NCBI GenBank assembly: GCA_052386995.1
Contig: JBQTJP010000078.1
Location: forward strand, 1-21,081
Reading direction: 5' to 3'
Origin: Armatimonadota bacterium
GTDB taxonomy: Bacteria > Sysuimicrobiota > Sysuimicrobiia > Sysuimicrobiales > Humicultoraceae
Length of the DNA: 21,081 nucleotides
The first letter of the stretch is position 1, and the number at the start of each line of letters is the position of its first letter. A program made the translations under genes and the position numbers. Below are positions 7,254-15,679 of the stretch, in pieces. A model generated the notes under the pieces. That model was not told the DNA's origin, did not search any database, and saw only the letters and a program-made list of their open reading frames with translations.

Positions 7254-8695
7254 AGGTCTTGTTCTGCGTGGCCGAGGCAACACCGCTGGCGAAGACCGGT
7301 GGCCTGGCGGATGTCGCCGCCGCGCTGCCGGCGGCCCTGCGCCGCAAGGGCATCGACGCGCGGATCATGATGCCGTTGTACCGTGGCATCGGCCGCGACT
7401 GGCTCGAGCCGGTCCAGCGCACGCGCAGCGTGATCGATGGGACAGGGGTAGAAGGGGCGATTTGGATCGGTGAGTTTCCCAACGGTATGCCGATCTACCT
7501 GCTCGATGCCCCGCCGCTCTACGATCGACCCGGACTGTATGGCGAGGGCGGTGGAGACTACCCGGACAACCTGGCCCGGTTTGTCTTCTTCTGCCGGTCG
7601 GCGCTGGCCCTCATGAACGATTCGTGGTATCCGGATCTCGTGCACTGCCACGACTGGCACACGGCGCTCATTCCCGCCTACCTCCGCGTGCTGCGCAACC
7701 GGCTGCCCTCGCTCTTCACGGTGCACAACCTGGCGCACCAAGGCGTCTTTCCCGCCGAGCAGTTTCCGATCACGGGGCTGCCGGCGGAGGCGTTCACGTC
7801 AGAGGGCGTGGAGTTCTACGGCAAGCTCAACGTCATGAAGGCCGGGCTGGTGTCCTCACACGTGATCAGCACGGTAAGCGAGTCGTATGCGCGAGAAGTT
7901 CAGACAGAGGAGTTCGGCGTCGGCCTCGACGGGCTGATGCGCGCGCGGTCCCCGGATCTCTTCGGCGTGCTCAACGGCGTCGACTACTCGCAGTGGGACC
8001 CCTCGGTCGATCCGTTCATTCCCGCGCGGTACTCCGCCGACGACCTGACCGGCAAGGTGCGGTGCAAGACGGCCCTGCAGCAGGAGCTCGGCCTGCCCAC
8101 CAACGCGTACGCGCCGCTCATCGGCGCCGTGGCACGGCTGGTCTCGCAGAAGGGCTTCGATCTGGTCGCCTCTGCTCTGGACGCCATCGCGGCGATGGGC
8201 GCGCAGATCGTTATTCTGGGGACCGGCGATCCCACCTACGAGAACGCCCTGCGCGAAGCGGTGTTCCGGCTGCCGCACCAGCTGCGGGCCTTCATCGGGT
8301 TCAACGAAGGACTGGCGCACCGCATCGAGGCGGGCGCCGATATCTTCCTGATGCCGTCGCGCTTTGAGCCCTCGGGCCTCAACCAGCTGTACAGCCTCCG
8401 GTATGGCACCGTGCCCGTGGTCCGCCGCACCGGTGGCCTTGCCGACAGCATCGTCGATGTCACACCGGAGACCCTCCACCTCGGCCGCGCCAACGGGTTC
8501 GTCTTCGACGCGTACTCGACCGAGGCGCTCGTCGCCACAGTCGGCCGCGCCGTCGCGGCCTATCGCGATCCGGGCTTGTGGCGCTGGCTTCAGCAGGTCG
8601 GCATGCGCGCAGACTTCTCGTGGGATCGGGCTGCCGACACGTACCTCTCGTTGTACGCGACGACCGTCGACCGCGCCTCGAAGTGGAGTATCTAG
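7250..8695 (+). CDS. glgA: Glycogen synthase (GT5)
   Basis: Motifs KTGGLADV, HCHDWHT, TVHNLAHQG, TVS..YA.E, NGVD...WDP, RL..QKG, PSRFEPSGLNQLY and TGGLAD. GTGA overlap with the upstream gene. Confidence 0.95.
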   Translation: MKVLFCVAEATPLAKTGGLADVAAALPAALRRKGIDARIMMPLYRGIGRDWLEPVQRTRSVIDGTGVEGAIWIGEFPNGMPIYLLDAPPLYDRPGLYGEGGGDYPDNLARFVFFCRSALALMNDSWYPDLVHCHDWHTALIPAYLRVLRNRLPSLFTVHNLAHQGVFPAEQFPITGLPAEAFTSEGVEFYGKLNVMKAGLVSSHVISTVSESYAREVQTEEFGVGLDGLMRARSPDLFGVLNGVDYSQWDPSVDPFIPARYSADDLTGKVRCKTALQQELGLPTNAYAPLIGAVARLVSQKGFDLVASALDAIAAMGAQIVILGTGDPTYENALREAVFRLPHQLRAFIGFNEGLAHRIEAGADIFLMPSRFEPSGLNQLYSLRYGTVPVVRRTGGLADSIVDVTPETLHLGRANGFVFDAYSTEALVATVGRAVAAYRDPGLWRWLQQVGMRADFSWDRAADTYLSLYATTVDRASKWSI

Positions 8696-8771
8696 GGTAC
8701 GCTTGGCTTAGGAGGCCCACGGCTATCACGAAGGAATCTAGTATCATGGCAGGGCGTCCCTGAGGTGATTC

Positions 8772-9857
8772 GTGCCCGAACTCCGTAACGACCCGATCTC
8801 GGGGCGGTGGGTGATTATCGCCACCGAGCGGGCCGCGCGTCCGACGGATTTCGCCTCTCCGCCGACGCACGTCGATGACCCGGCGCAGTGCCCGTTCTGC
8901 CCGGGTCGGGAAGAGCGGACCCCGCCGGAGATCTTTGCCATCCGGAAGGCCGACACGGCTCCGAACTCCCCGGGATGGTACGTGCGCGTCGTGTCGAACA
9001 AGTACCCCGCGCTGCGGATCGAGGGCACAACTGTTCCAAGCCAGGTCGGCATGTTCACGCGGACCGATGGCGTGGGGGCGCACGAGGTCATCGTGGAGAC
9101 CACTGACCACGACACCCACCTGGGGCTGCTGCCTCCGCATCACGTGGCCGCGGTGGTGGGCGCCTACCTGCAGCGCTATCGAGATCTGGATGGTGACGAG
9201 CGCTTCCAGTACGCGCTGCTGTTTCGCAACCACGGACGCACCGCGGGGGCATCGCTGTCCCATCCGCACTCCCAGCTGATCGCCCTGCCGGTCATTCCCA
9301 AGCGCGCCGCCGAAGAGCTGCAGGCGGCGGAGCACTATTTCGGCCGCAACGGCGTCTGCGTCTTCTGCCACCTGATCGAGCAGGAGCGGACGTCCGGCGA
9401 GCGCGTCGTGTTCGAGAACGATCGCTTTATCGCGCTGCAGCCCTATGCCGCGCGCTTCCCCTTCGAGACCTGGCTGCTGCCGAAGGAGCACAAGGGTTCG
9501 TTCGGCGAGCTGACCGAGCCCGACGTCGGCAGTTTTGCCGAGATGCTGCGGCAGACGCTCTACGCGCTCCACGCGTGCCTGGACAACCCGCCCTACAACT
9601 ACATCGTGCACACGGCGCCCTATAATGGGTATCCGCGTCACGCGTATCACTGGCACCTGGAGATCATGCCGCGTCTGACGCAGGTGGCCGGCTTCGAGTG
9701 GGGATCGGGCTTTTTCATCAACCCCGTCGTCCCTGAAGATGCGGCGCGGTTTCTGCGTCAGGCCTCCCCGAAACCCGCTGCCGACGCCGCGGCCCCCGCC
9801 CCCGACGCCGCGCTCCCCGGGATGCCGACCCCTGCCGAGACCAGGAGCAGCCCCTGA
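8772..9857 (+). CDS. galT: GalT-family hexose-1-phosphate nucleotidyltransferase (HIT superfamily)
   Basis: Motifs ELR.DP..GRWVIIA.ER..RP, CPFCPG.E, NKYPAL, G.HEVIVE, GASLSHPHSQ (HPHxQ), a second CVFC, and AGFEWGSG..IN. SD GAGGTG lies before GTG 8772. Substrate specificity is uncertain. Confidence 0.85.
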   Translation: MPELRNDPISGRWVIIATERAARPTDFASPPTHVDDPAQCPFCPGREERTPPEIFAIRKADTAPNSPGWYVRVVSNKYPALRIEGTTVPSQVGMFTRTDGVGAHEVIVETTDHDTHLGLLPPHHVAAVVGAYLQRYRDLDGDERFQYALLFRNHGRTAGASLSHPHSQLIALPVIPKRAAEELQAAEHYFGRNGVCVFCHLIEQERTSGERVVFENDRFIALQPYAARFPFETWLLPKEHKGSFGELTEPDVGSFAEMLRQTLYALHACLDNPPYNYIVHTAPYNGYPRHAYHWHLEIMPRLTQVAGFEWGSGFFINPVVPEDAARFLRQASPKPAADAAAPAPDAALPGMPTPAETRSSP

Positions 9858-10576
9858 GGCGTGTCGCGCTCTTCGTCACCTGCCTGATCGACCAGCTCTT
9901 CCCACACATCGGCGACGCCACTGTCCGCGTGCTTGAACGGGCGGGCTGCGCTGTTGCGTTTCCGCCCGCGCAGACATGCTGTGGCCAGGCGACGTTCAAT
10001 GACGGGTTCTGGGATGAGGCCCGGACCCTCGCGCTGCGGTTCCTCGATACCTTCGAAGGCGAGGAGCACATTGTGATGCCGTCGGGTTCATGCGCGGCCA
10101 TGGTTCGGGAGTGGTACCCGCATCTCTTCCGCGACACCCCGAAGGACGCCGAGCGGGCCCGCGCGCTCGGGCACCGGACGTACGAGTTGAGCGAGTTTCT
10201 CGTCCGCGTGCTCGGCCGTGTTGATCTGGGCGCCCGTTTCGCGGCGGCAGTCGCCTACCACCCCGCGTGTCACGGCCTGCGCGGGCTTGGGCTGCGCGAG
10301 GAGCCGCGGCGCCTCCTGGGCGCGGTGCGAGACCTGCGGCTCATTGACCTGCCGCGCGCCGAAGAATGTTGCGGGTTCGGCGGGTTCTTCGCCGTGAAGT
10401 TCGCGGGGCTCTCTGGCGCGATGCTGGCCGCGAAGCTCGACGCCATCGAATCGAGCGGCGCCGAGGTCGTCACCGCGACCGACGCGTCGTGCCTGATGCA
10501 CATAGCCGGCGGGCTTGCCCGCCGGGGAAGCCCCGTGCGCGCGCTGCACATCGCGGAACTTCTGGCCTCCGGCTAG
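9854..10576 (+). CDS. lutA: Lactate utilization protein A (CCG-domain Fe-S subunit), probable CTG start
   Basis: The in-frame conserved N-terminus (L)RRVALFVTCLIDQLFPHIGDATVRVLER extends upstream of the track start at 9929. Other motifs are QTCCGQ, SGSC, YHPACH, ECCGFGG.F and SCLMHI. Confidence 0.88.
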   Translation: MRRVALFVTCLIDQLFPHIGDATVRVLERAGCAVAFPPAQTCCGQATFNDGFWDEARTLALRFLDTFEGEEHIVMPSGSCAAMVREWYPHLFRDTPKDAERARALGHRTYELSEFLVRVLGRVDLGARFAAAVAYHPACHGLRGLGLREEPRRLLGAVRDLRLIDLPRAEECCGFGGFFAVKFAGLSGAMLAAKLDAIESSGAEVVTATDASCLMHIAGGLARRGSPVRALHIAELLASG

Positions 10577-12030
10577 TGCCCCCCGCGGCGCCCGATCCTC
10601 ACGTGGGAGCGTCCCCCGACGCCTCCGGGCACGCACCTCCCCGCATCGACATGATCGGCAATACGGAGCGGGCCTTGCAGGATAGCGGGCTACAGGACGC
10701 CCTCGGCCGCGCCCTGCCGACGTTTCGACGCCTGCGGAGCGCTGCCGTCGCCGAGGTGCCGGAATGGCAGTCGCTGCGCGAAGTCGCCGCCAGGATCAAA
10801 GATCATGCGCTCGCGCACCTGGATGAACACCTCCTGCGATTCGACGCGCAGCTATCGGCGGCGGGCGGCATTGTCCATTGGGCGTCCGACGCCGCCGAGG
10901 CCCGCCGGATCATCACGGACCTGGCGCTCACCCGGGGTGTGCGTCTCGCCGTGAAGAGCAAGTCGATGACGACAGAAGAGATCCACCTCAATCCCGCGCT
11001 GGAGGCCGCCGGAGTGAACGTCGTCGAAACCGACCTCGGGGAGTATGTCGTGCAGCTGGCCGGCGAGCGGCCCAGTCACCTCATCGCGCCGATCGTTCAC
11101 AAGACGGCAGAGTCTGTGGCCGAGCTGTTTTCAGAGAAACTCGGCGTTCCGCGCTACGAGCGGCCGGAGGACCTGATCCGTGTCGCGCGCGAGAAGCTGC
11201 GTGCCGAGTTCCTGGCGGCCGACATGGGCATCACGGGCGTCAACTTTGCGATCGCAGAGACGGGTACGGTTGTCGTCGTCGAGAACGAGGGGAACGCCCG
11301 GCTGACGACCACGCGACCGCGGATCCATGTGGCGGTCATGGGCATCGAGAAAGTCCTTCCCAGGCTGGCAGACCTGGGCGTGCTGCTGCGTCTCCTCGCC
11401 CGCAGCTCCACCGGGCAGCGGGCCAGCGTCTACGTCTCGCTGTTGACCGGCCCGCGTCGGACAGCGGAGCATGACGGGCCTGAGGAACTCCACGTGGTCA
11501 TCCTCGACAACGGACGGACGCGGCTGCTGGCCGACCCGCATCTTCGTGAAGCGCTGCGGTGCGTCCGGTGTGGAGCGTGCCTGAACGTCTGTCCGGTATA
11601 CGAGCGGGCTGGTGGGCACGCGTACGATGCGGTGTATTCCGGCCCGATCGGCGCCGTGATCACGCCGGTGCTGGAAGGACTCGAGCGCTCCGCGGAACTG
11701 CCATTCGCGTCGACGTTGTGCGGCGCGTGCGCGGAGGTCTGCCCGGTCAAGATCGATCTCCCACGGATGCTGCTCGAGCTGCGCGGCCGTGCGGTCCGCG
11801 CCGGCCTGACCGGTCGGGTGGATCGCCTGTTCGCCCGCGCGTGGACGTTTGCGATGCGCAGCCCCTCATGGCTGCGTGTGCTCCGCGGTCTGGGCCGGGT
11901 GCTGCAACGGCTGGTCGTGCGGCGCGGGCGGATCGAGCGGCTGCCCTACCCGTTTGCGGGGTGGACGGCGCACCGCACCGCGCCCCCGCTGGCCTCCCGG
12001 TCGTTTCGCGATCGGTGGCGCTCTCGATGA
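10576..12030 (+). CDS. lutB: Lactate utilization protein B (LUD domain + 4Fe-4S)
   Basis: Motifs VKSKSMTTEEI, ETDLGEY, PSHLIAP, GITGVNF.IAETG, ENEGNAR, CVRCGACLNVCPVY and LCGACAEVCPVKIDLP. The start is uncertain (GTG 10576 in a TAGTG overlap, GTG 10603 or ATG 10651). Confidence 0.92.
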   Translation: MPPAAPDPHVGASPDASGHAPPRIDMIGNTERALQDSGLQDALGRALPTFRRLRSAAVAEVPEWQSLREVAARIKDHALAHLDEHLLRFDAQLSAAGGIVHWASDAAEARRIITDLALTRGVRLAVKSKSMTTEEIHLNPALEAAGVNVVETDLGEYVVQLAGERPSHLIAPIVHKTAESVAELFSEKLGVPRYERPEDLIRVAREKLRAEFLAADMGITGVNFAIAETGTVVVVENEGNARLTTTRPRIHVAVMGIEKVLPRLADLGVLLRLLARSSTGQRASVYVSLLTGPRRTAEHDGPEELHVVILDNGRTRLLADPHLREALRCVRCGACLNVCPVYERAGGHAYDAVYSGPIGAVITPVLEGLERSAELPFASTLCGACAEVCPVKIDLPRMLLELRGRAVRAGLTGRVDRLFARAWTFAMRSPSWLRVLRGLGRVLQRLVVRRGRIERLPYPFAGWTAHRTAPPLASRSFRDRWRSR

Positions 12031-12680
12031 GTAGGGAACGCATGCTGGAACGCATCCGCATCGCGCTTCGAGGGGGCGCGGCCCTGGACGAAGGCTCGGG
12101 TGCCGCTGGCTCGGGCGCGCCACTCGATCTCCCGGTCCTCCCGCCGCCGCAGGTCTTCGACGATCCTGTGGCCCTGTTCGCTGAGCGTGCGCGGCAGGTG
12201 GGTGTCACCGTCGAAATCGTGCGGTCGATGGAAGAGGCGGCGATGCGCGTCGTGGTCTGGTGCGGGGAGCGCGCCGTCCGCCGCGCCGCGGTATGGCGCA
12301 CGGCTGACCTGGCGTCGGTGCTGGCACGGGTGCAAGCCGGGGGAGTGGACGTCTTGGCCCCCGACACGCCGCTGGACGTGCTTGCGCAGGCCGATGCCGG
12401 CATCACGGGCGCCGACTGGGGGATCGCGGAGACGGCCACGCTCGTTCTCGCGACCGCGCCCGCGCAGCCGCGGATGCCGTCGCTGCTGCCTCCTGCGCAT
12501 CTTGCTATTCTGCGCGCCGATCAGATTGTGGCCGACCTGCCCGCGCTCTTCGCGCGGCCCGGCTCGATGCCGTCAGCCCTGACATTCATCACCGGCCCTA
12601 GCCGCAGCGCAGATGTGGGACTCAAGCCGGTGCTGGGGGCGCACGGGCCTACCGAGGTGGCGGTGATGCTCATTCAATGA
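12027..12680 (+). CDS. lutC: Lactate utilization protein C (LUD domain)
   Basis: Begins MSRERMLERIR. Motifs are GITGADWGIAETATLVL, SLLPPAH and FITGPSRSADV....LGAHGP. ATGA overlap with lutB. Confidence 0.9.
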   Translation: MSRERMLERIRIALRGGAALDEGSGAAGSGAPLDLPVLPPPQVFDDPVALFAERARQVGVTVEIVRSMEEAAMRVVVWCGERAVRRAAVWRTADLASVLARVQAGGVDVLAPDTPLDVLAQADAGITGADWGIAETATLVLATAPAQPRMPSLLPPAHLAILRADQIVADLPALFARPGSMPSALTFITGPSRSADVGLKPVLGAHGPTEVAVMLIQ

Positions 12681-12700
12681 ACCTCTGGAGGTTTACGGCC

Positions 12701-13189
12701 GTGATCGCGAGGCGTTGTATCTTGATTCTGGTTTCGTTGGCGGTCCAGCCTGCTCTTGCGGGCACCGCGCCAAACCCGCAGGCGCTGCAGGCTTACGTGA
12801 CCACGGGCCGGCCCGTCCCCGAGCAGATCGCGCACATCAAGAAGACCTCGCCCCAACAGTTCGGCATCGTGGTCGTTGAGGCCCTGGAGGCTCCAAAGAC
12901 CGCCTTCGAGGAGGGCGGCGTCGCGTACTACTATCAGGAAGTCCGTGGCGTCGACTGGATGTTCGTCAGGTGGTTTCATCCCGATCCCCAGGCCCCAGGC
13001 GACAGATTCAAGCTCCACTACGGGGTGCGCCCAAAGAGGGGCGAAAGGCCACTGGAGCTGAAGGGGCGCGGCATCGCGTTCATCGTCCCCGCGCGCGCGC
13101 AGGGCGTGTTCGTCGCGGAGATGATTCTCGCAGCCAGCCGGGAGAGTATCTTCGAAGTGCGAAGAGTATTGATCGAAACGCTTCCTTGA
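12701..13189 (+). CDS. Hypothetical exported protein
   Basis: GGAGG (12687-12691) precedes GTG 12701, giving MIARRCILILVSLAVQPALA|GT, a Sec-like signal peptide. An alternative ATG at 12677 overlaps the lutC stop. The ORF fills the gap between genes, but I recognise no family. Confidence 0.7.
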   Translation: MIARRCILILVSLAVQPALAGTAPNPQALQAYVTTGRPVPEQIAHIKKTSPQQFGIVVVEALEAPKTAFEEGGVAYYYQEVRGVDWMFVRWFHPDPQAPGDRFKLHYGVRPKRGERPLELKGRGIAFIVPARAQGVFVAEMILAASRESIFEVRRVLIETLP

Positions 13190-13686
13190 TGCGCCCGGCC
13201 ATTGGCACCATCATCTTCGCGCTGCTCGTCCCGGGCACCGTTATCGTCATCGTTCCCTGGCGGCTCTCCGGCTGGGAGCTTGCCGAACCGTTCTTCGGCT
13301 GGACGGGGATTCGGTGGATCGGACTGACGCTCGTCATCGTCGGGCTTCCCGTGGTCGCCCAGGCGATGGTGCGCTTCGTGCGCGAGGGCCTGGGGACGCC
13401 GTCGCCGACTTTCCCCACCGAGCGCCTCGTCGTCACAGGCCCCTATCGCTACGTGCGCAATCCGATATACATCGGTGTCCTCTCAATGATTGTGGGACAG
13501 GCGCTCATCTTTGGCAGCCGGGCCGTGCTCGTCTACGCCCTCTGTGTGGCGCTGGCGTTCCATCTCTTCGTCGTGTGGTATGAAGAGCCGACCCTTCGCC
13601 TGCGGTTCGGGGCGGAGTACGACGCGTATACCCGTGGCGTGCGCCGCTGGCGGCCGCGCCTGGCTCCGTGGACGCTGCATCGGTGA
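13189..13686 (+). CDS. Isoprenylcysteine carboxyl methyltransferase / PEMT family membrane protein
   Basis: Hydrophobic helices with motifs G.GTP.P, LVVTGPYRYVRNPIY and EE..L...FG..Y..Y...V.RW. ATG 13189 lies in a TGATG overlap. Confidence 0.88.
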   Translation: MRPAIGTIIFALLVPGTVIVIVPWRLSGWELAEPFFGWTGIRWIGLTLVIVGLPVVAQAMVRFVREGLGTPSPTFPTERLVVTGPYRYVRNPIYIGVLSMIVGQALIFGSRAVLVYALCVALAFHLFVVWYEEPTLRLRFGAEYDAYTRGVRRWRPRLAPWTLHR

Positions 13687-14864
13687 ACGCGTCCGAACCC
13701 ATCGCGGCAGGCGAGCGCATCGAAGTTGTCGACATCCTTCGTGGCGTCGCCCTCTTCGGCATCCTGCTGGTCAACATGGAATCGTTCGGCCGGCCGTTCT
13801 TTGAAGGCCCGCGGGTGTGGGAGGGTCTCCCGGACCGTCTCGCCGCCTGGCTCATCCAGTTCCTGGCCGAGGGAAAATTCTATCCACTCTTCTCGTTTCT
13901 GTTTGGGTTTGGGATGGCCATGCAGATGGCGCGGGTCGAGGCGCGCGGTGCACGGTTCACCTCGCTCTATGCGCGGCGCCTGTTCGTCCTGCTGATGATT
14001 GGGGCGGCGCACGCCCTGCTCCTGTGGGCCGGCGACATTCTGGTCGCGTATGCGCTCCTGGGATTTGTTCTGATGTTATTTCGGAAGCGCTCAGGGAAGA
14101 CGCTGATCGTCTGGGCGGCGATCATCCTGATGATTGCGGTGATCGCCAATACCGCGTTCGTTGCAGGGGGCAGCGGACCTGACGACGACGGCATCCTGCA
14201 GCTGCTGACGGCCCGGGCGACCCGCGCGTACGCGCACGGGACGTTCGCCGACATCTTCTCACAGCGGTTGCTCGACCTTGTCCTCGTCTACCTGCTGGCG
14301 CCGCTGTCCTTTCCGCACATCTTTGTCATGTTCTTGCTGGGACTCTATGCGGGGCGCCGCGGCCTCTTTGGAGACCCGCAGTCTTCGCGAACGATTGCCC
14401 GCCGCGCGTTTCCCTGGGCGCTCGCCGTCGGTTTCATAGGCAACCTGATCTTCGTCATCGCGGGCGATCATATCGGCCGATCAGAATCCGCTCTCGCCGA
14501 CATCGCGGGGTCCACGGCGTTTCTGATCGGCGGACCGGCGCTGAGCGCGGCCTACGTCGCCGGGATCGTCCTGTTGACCGAGGACGAGGTGTGGCGTAGA
14601 CGGCTGCTTCCGCTGGCCGCTCCGGGCCGCATGGCGCTCAGCAACTACCTGTTTCAGTCGCTCGTCTGCACGACGATCTTCTACAGTTATGGACTGGGGC
14701 TGTATGGACAGGTCGGGCCCGCGCTCGGAGCGATTCTGACGGTGGCAATCTACGCGGTCGAGGTGCCCCTCAGCAACTGGTGGCTGCGACGATTCCGCTT
14801 CGGCCCCGTGGAATGGCTGTGGAGGTCGCTGACGTATCGTGGGGTTCAACCGATGCGCGTCTAG
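13683..14864 (+). CDS. DUF418 / YeiB-family membrane protein
   Basis: Motifs ERI..VD.LRG.ALFGILLVN, GKFYPLFSFLFG, GDIL..YA, GRMALSNYL.QS and GP.EWLWR.LTY. GTG 13683 lies in a GTGA overlap. Confidence 0.9.
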   Translation: MNASEPIAAGERIEVVDILRGVALFGILLVNMESFGRPFFEGPRVWEGLPDRLAAWLIQFLAEGKFYPLFSFLFGFGMAMQMARVEARGARFTSLYARRLFVLLMIGAAHALLLWAGDILVAYALLGFVLMLFRKRSGKTLIVWAAIILMIAVIANTAFVAGGSGPDDDGILQLLTARATRAYAHGTFADIFSQRLLDLVLVYLLAPLSFPHIFVMFLLGLYAGRRGLFGDPQSSRTIARRAFPWALAVGFIGNLIFVIAGDHIGRSESALADIAGSTAFLIGGPALSAAYVAGIVLLTEDEVWRRRLLPLAAPGRMALSNYLFQSLVCTTIFYSYGLGLYGQVGPALGAILTVAIYAVEVPLSNWWLRRFRFGPVEWLWRSLTYRGVQPMRV

Positions 14865-14882
14865 CTCGCGCGCCTGGACGGA

Positions 14883-15652
14883 TCACAAAACCGCCGGTCG
14901 GCGGTCTTTTCGTTCATGCAGAGCGGTGTACGCACCCTCATAAAACGCCCGCCAGATCAGATGGTTGTAGCACTCGCTGCACACTGGCAATATGTCATGG
15001 CGCTCTGCCCATGGGCGCACCGCTTCAAAGAGACGTCTGAACACATCGGTACGGAAGAAGTCGGCTCGTAAAGGAACCGCACACCGACGTGTCGCAGGCG
15101 AAGGGCCAGGTCGGTATCCTCGTATCCGTAACCTCCAAACGCTTCGTCGAACCCGCCGACCTCTTGGAAGGGTCGTCTGGCCACTGAGAAGTTTCTGGCG
15201 GTGACGTGCGTGATCGAGAGGTCGCTCCTGCTGCGGGGCGACAGGTCTGGCAATAGGTACATCGCCCTCATGAACGTTGTCCGCAGCGTCTCAGGATGCT
15301 GCAGCGTACGGCCTTGCACGCCGAGGCGATCTTCATTTCCGTAGTGACGCGCATGGGCCGCGACGAGGCCGGGCGTCGGGCGCGTGTCGGCATCGATGAA
15401 CAATAGTATCCGCCCTCTGGCCTCAGCGGCCCCCAGATTCCGTGCGATAGCTCGGCCGCGGCGCCGCTCGCGAAGCACCCGCAGCGGTACGGAGAGTCGA
15501 GCGCCCTCCAGCATTTCGGCGGTGCCATCGGTGGATCCGTCGTCCACGACGATGACCTCGAACGTCCCGTCATGCTCGTCCAGCACGGCGAGAGCGCTGG
15601 CGATCTGATCGCGGGCGTTGTAAGTAGGTATGACGACGCTGACATCGATCAC
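14883..15652 (-). pseudogene. Family 2 glycosyltransferase, apparently with an internal deletion and frameshift near 15062
   Basis: Motifs VSVVIPTYN, VIVVDDGSTDGT, ARN.G, FIDAD and GGFDE.F.GYG.ED.DL run up to FLYEP, after which the tail is aberrant and stops at 14957. A second frame (15062-14883) is open for 59 codons and reads like a natural C-terminus. The GT2 identity is confident; the lesion is inferred. Confidence 0.7.
14887..14910 (+). terminator. Rho-independent terminator
   Basis: ACCGCC-GGTC-GGCGGT hairpin (14890-14905) followed by CTTTT and preceded by an A-run, about 25 nt after the DUF418 stop. Confidence 0.65.
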
Positions 15653-15679
15653 GGATGTGTCGTGGCCACCAGATGCCGT

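Noticed and set aside
8350..8395. GlgA has EPSGL instead of the usual EPCGL
   Set aside because: The catalytic Glu is retained and the substitution is conservative, so there is no evidence of altered function.
9781..9812. 11-bp direct repeat CCGACGCCGCG in the galT 3' end
   Set aside because: It lies within a low-complexity Pro/Ala tail and is not a CRISPR repeat or target-site duplication.
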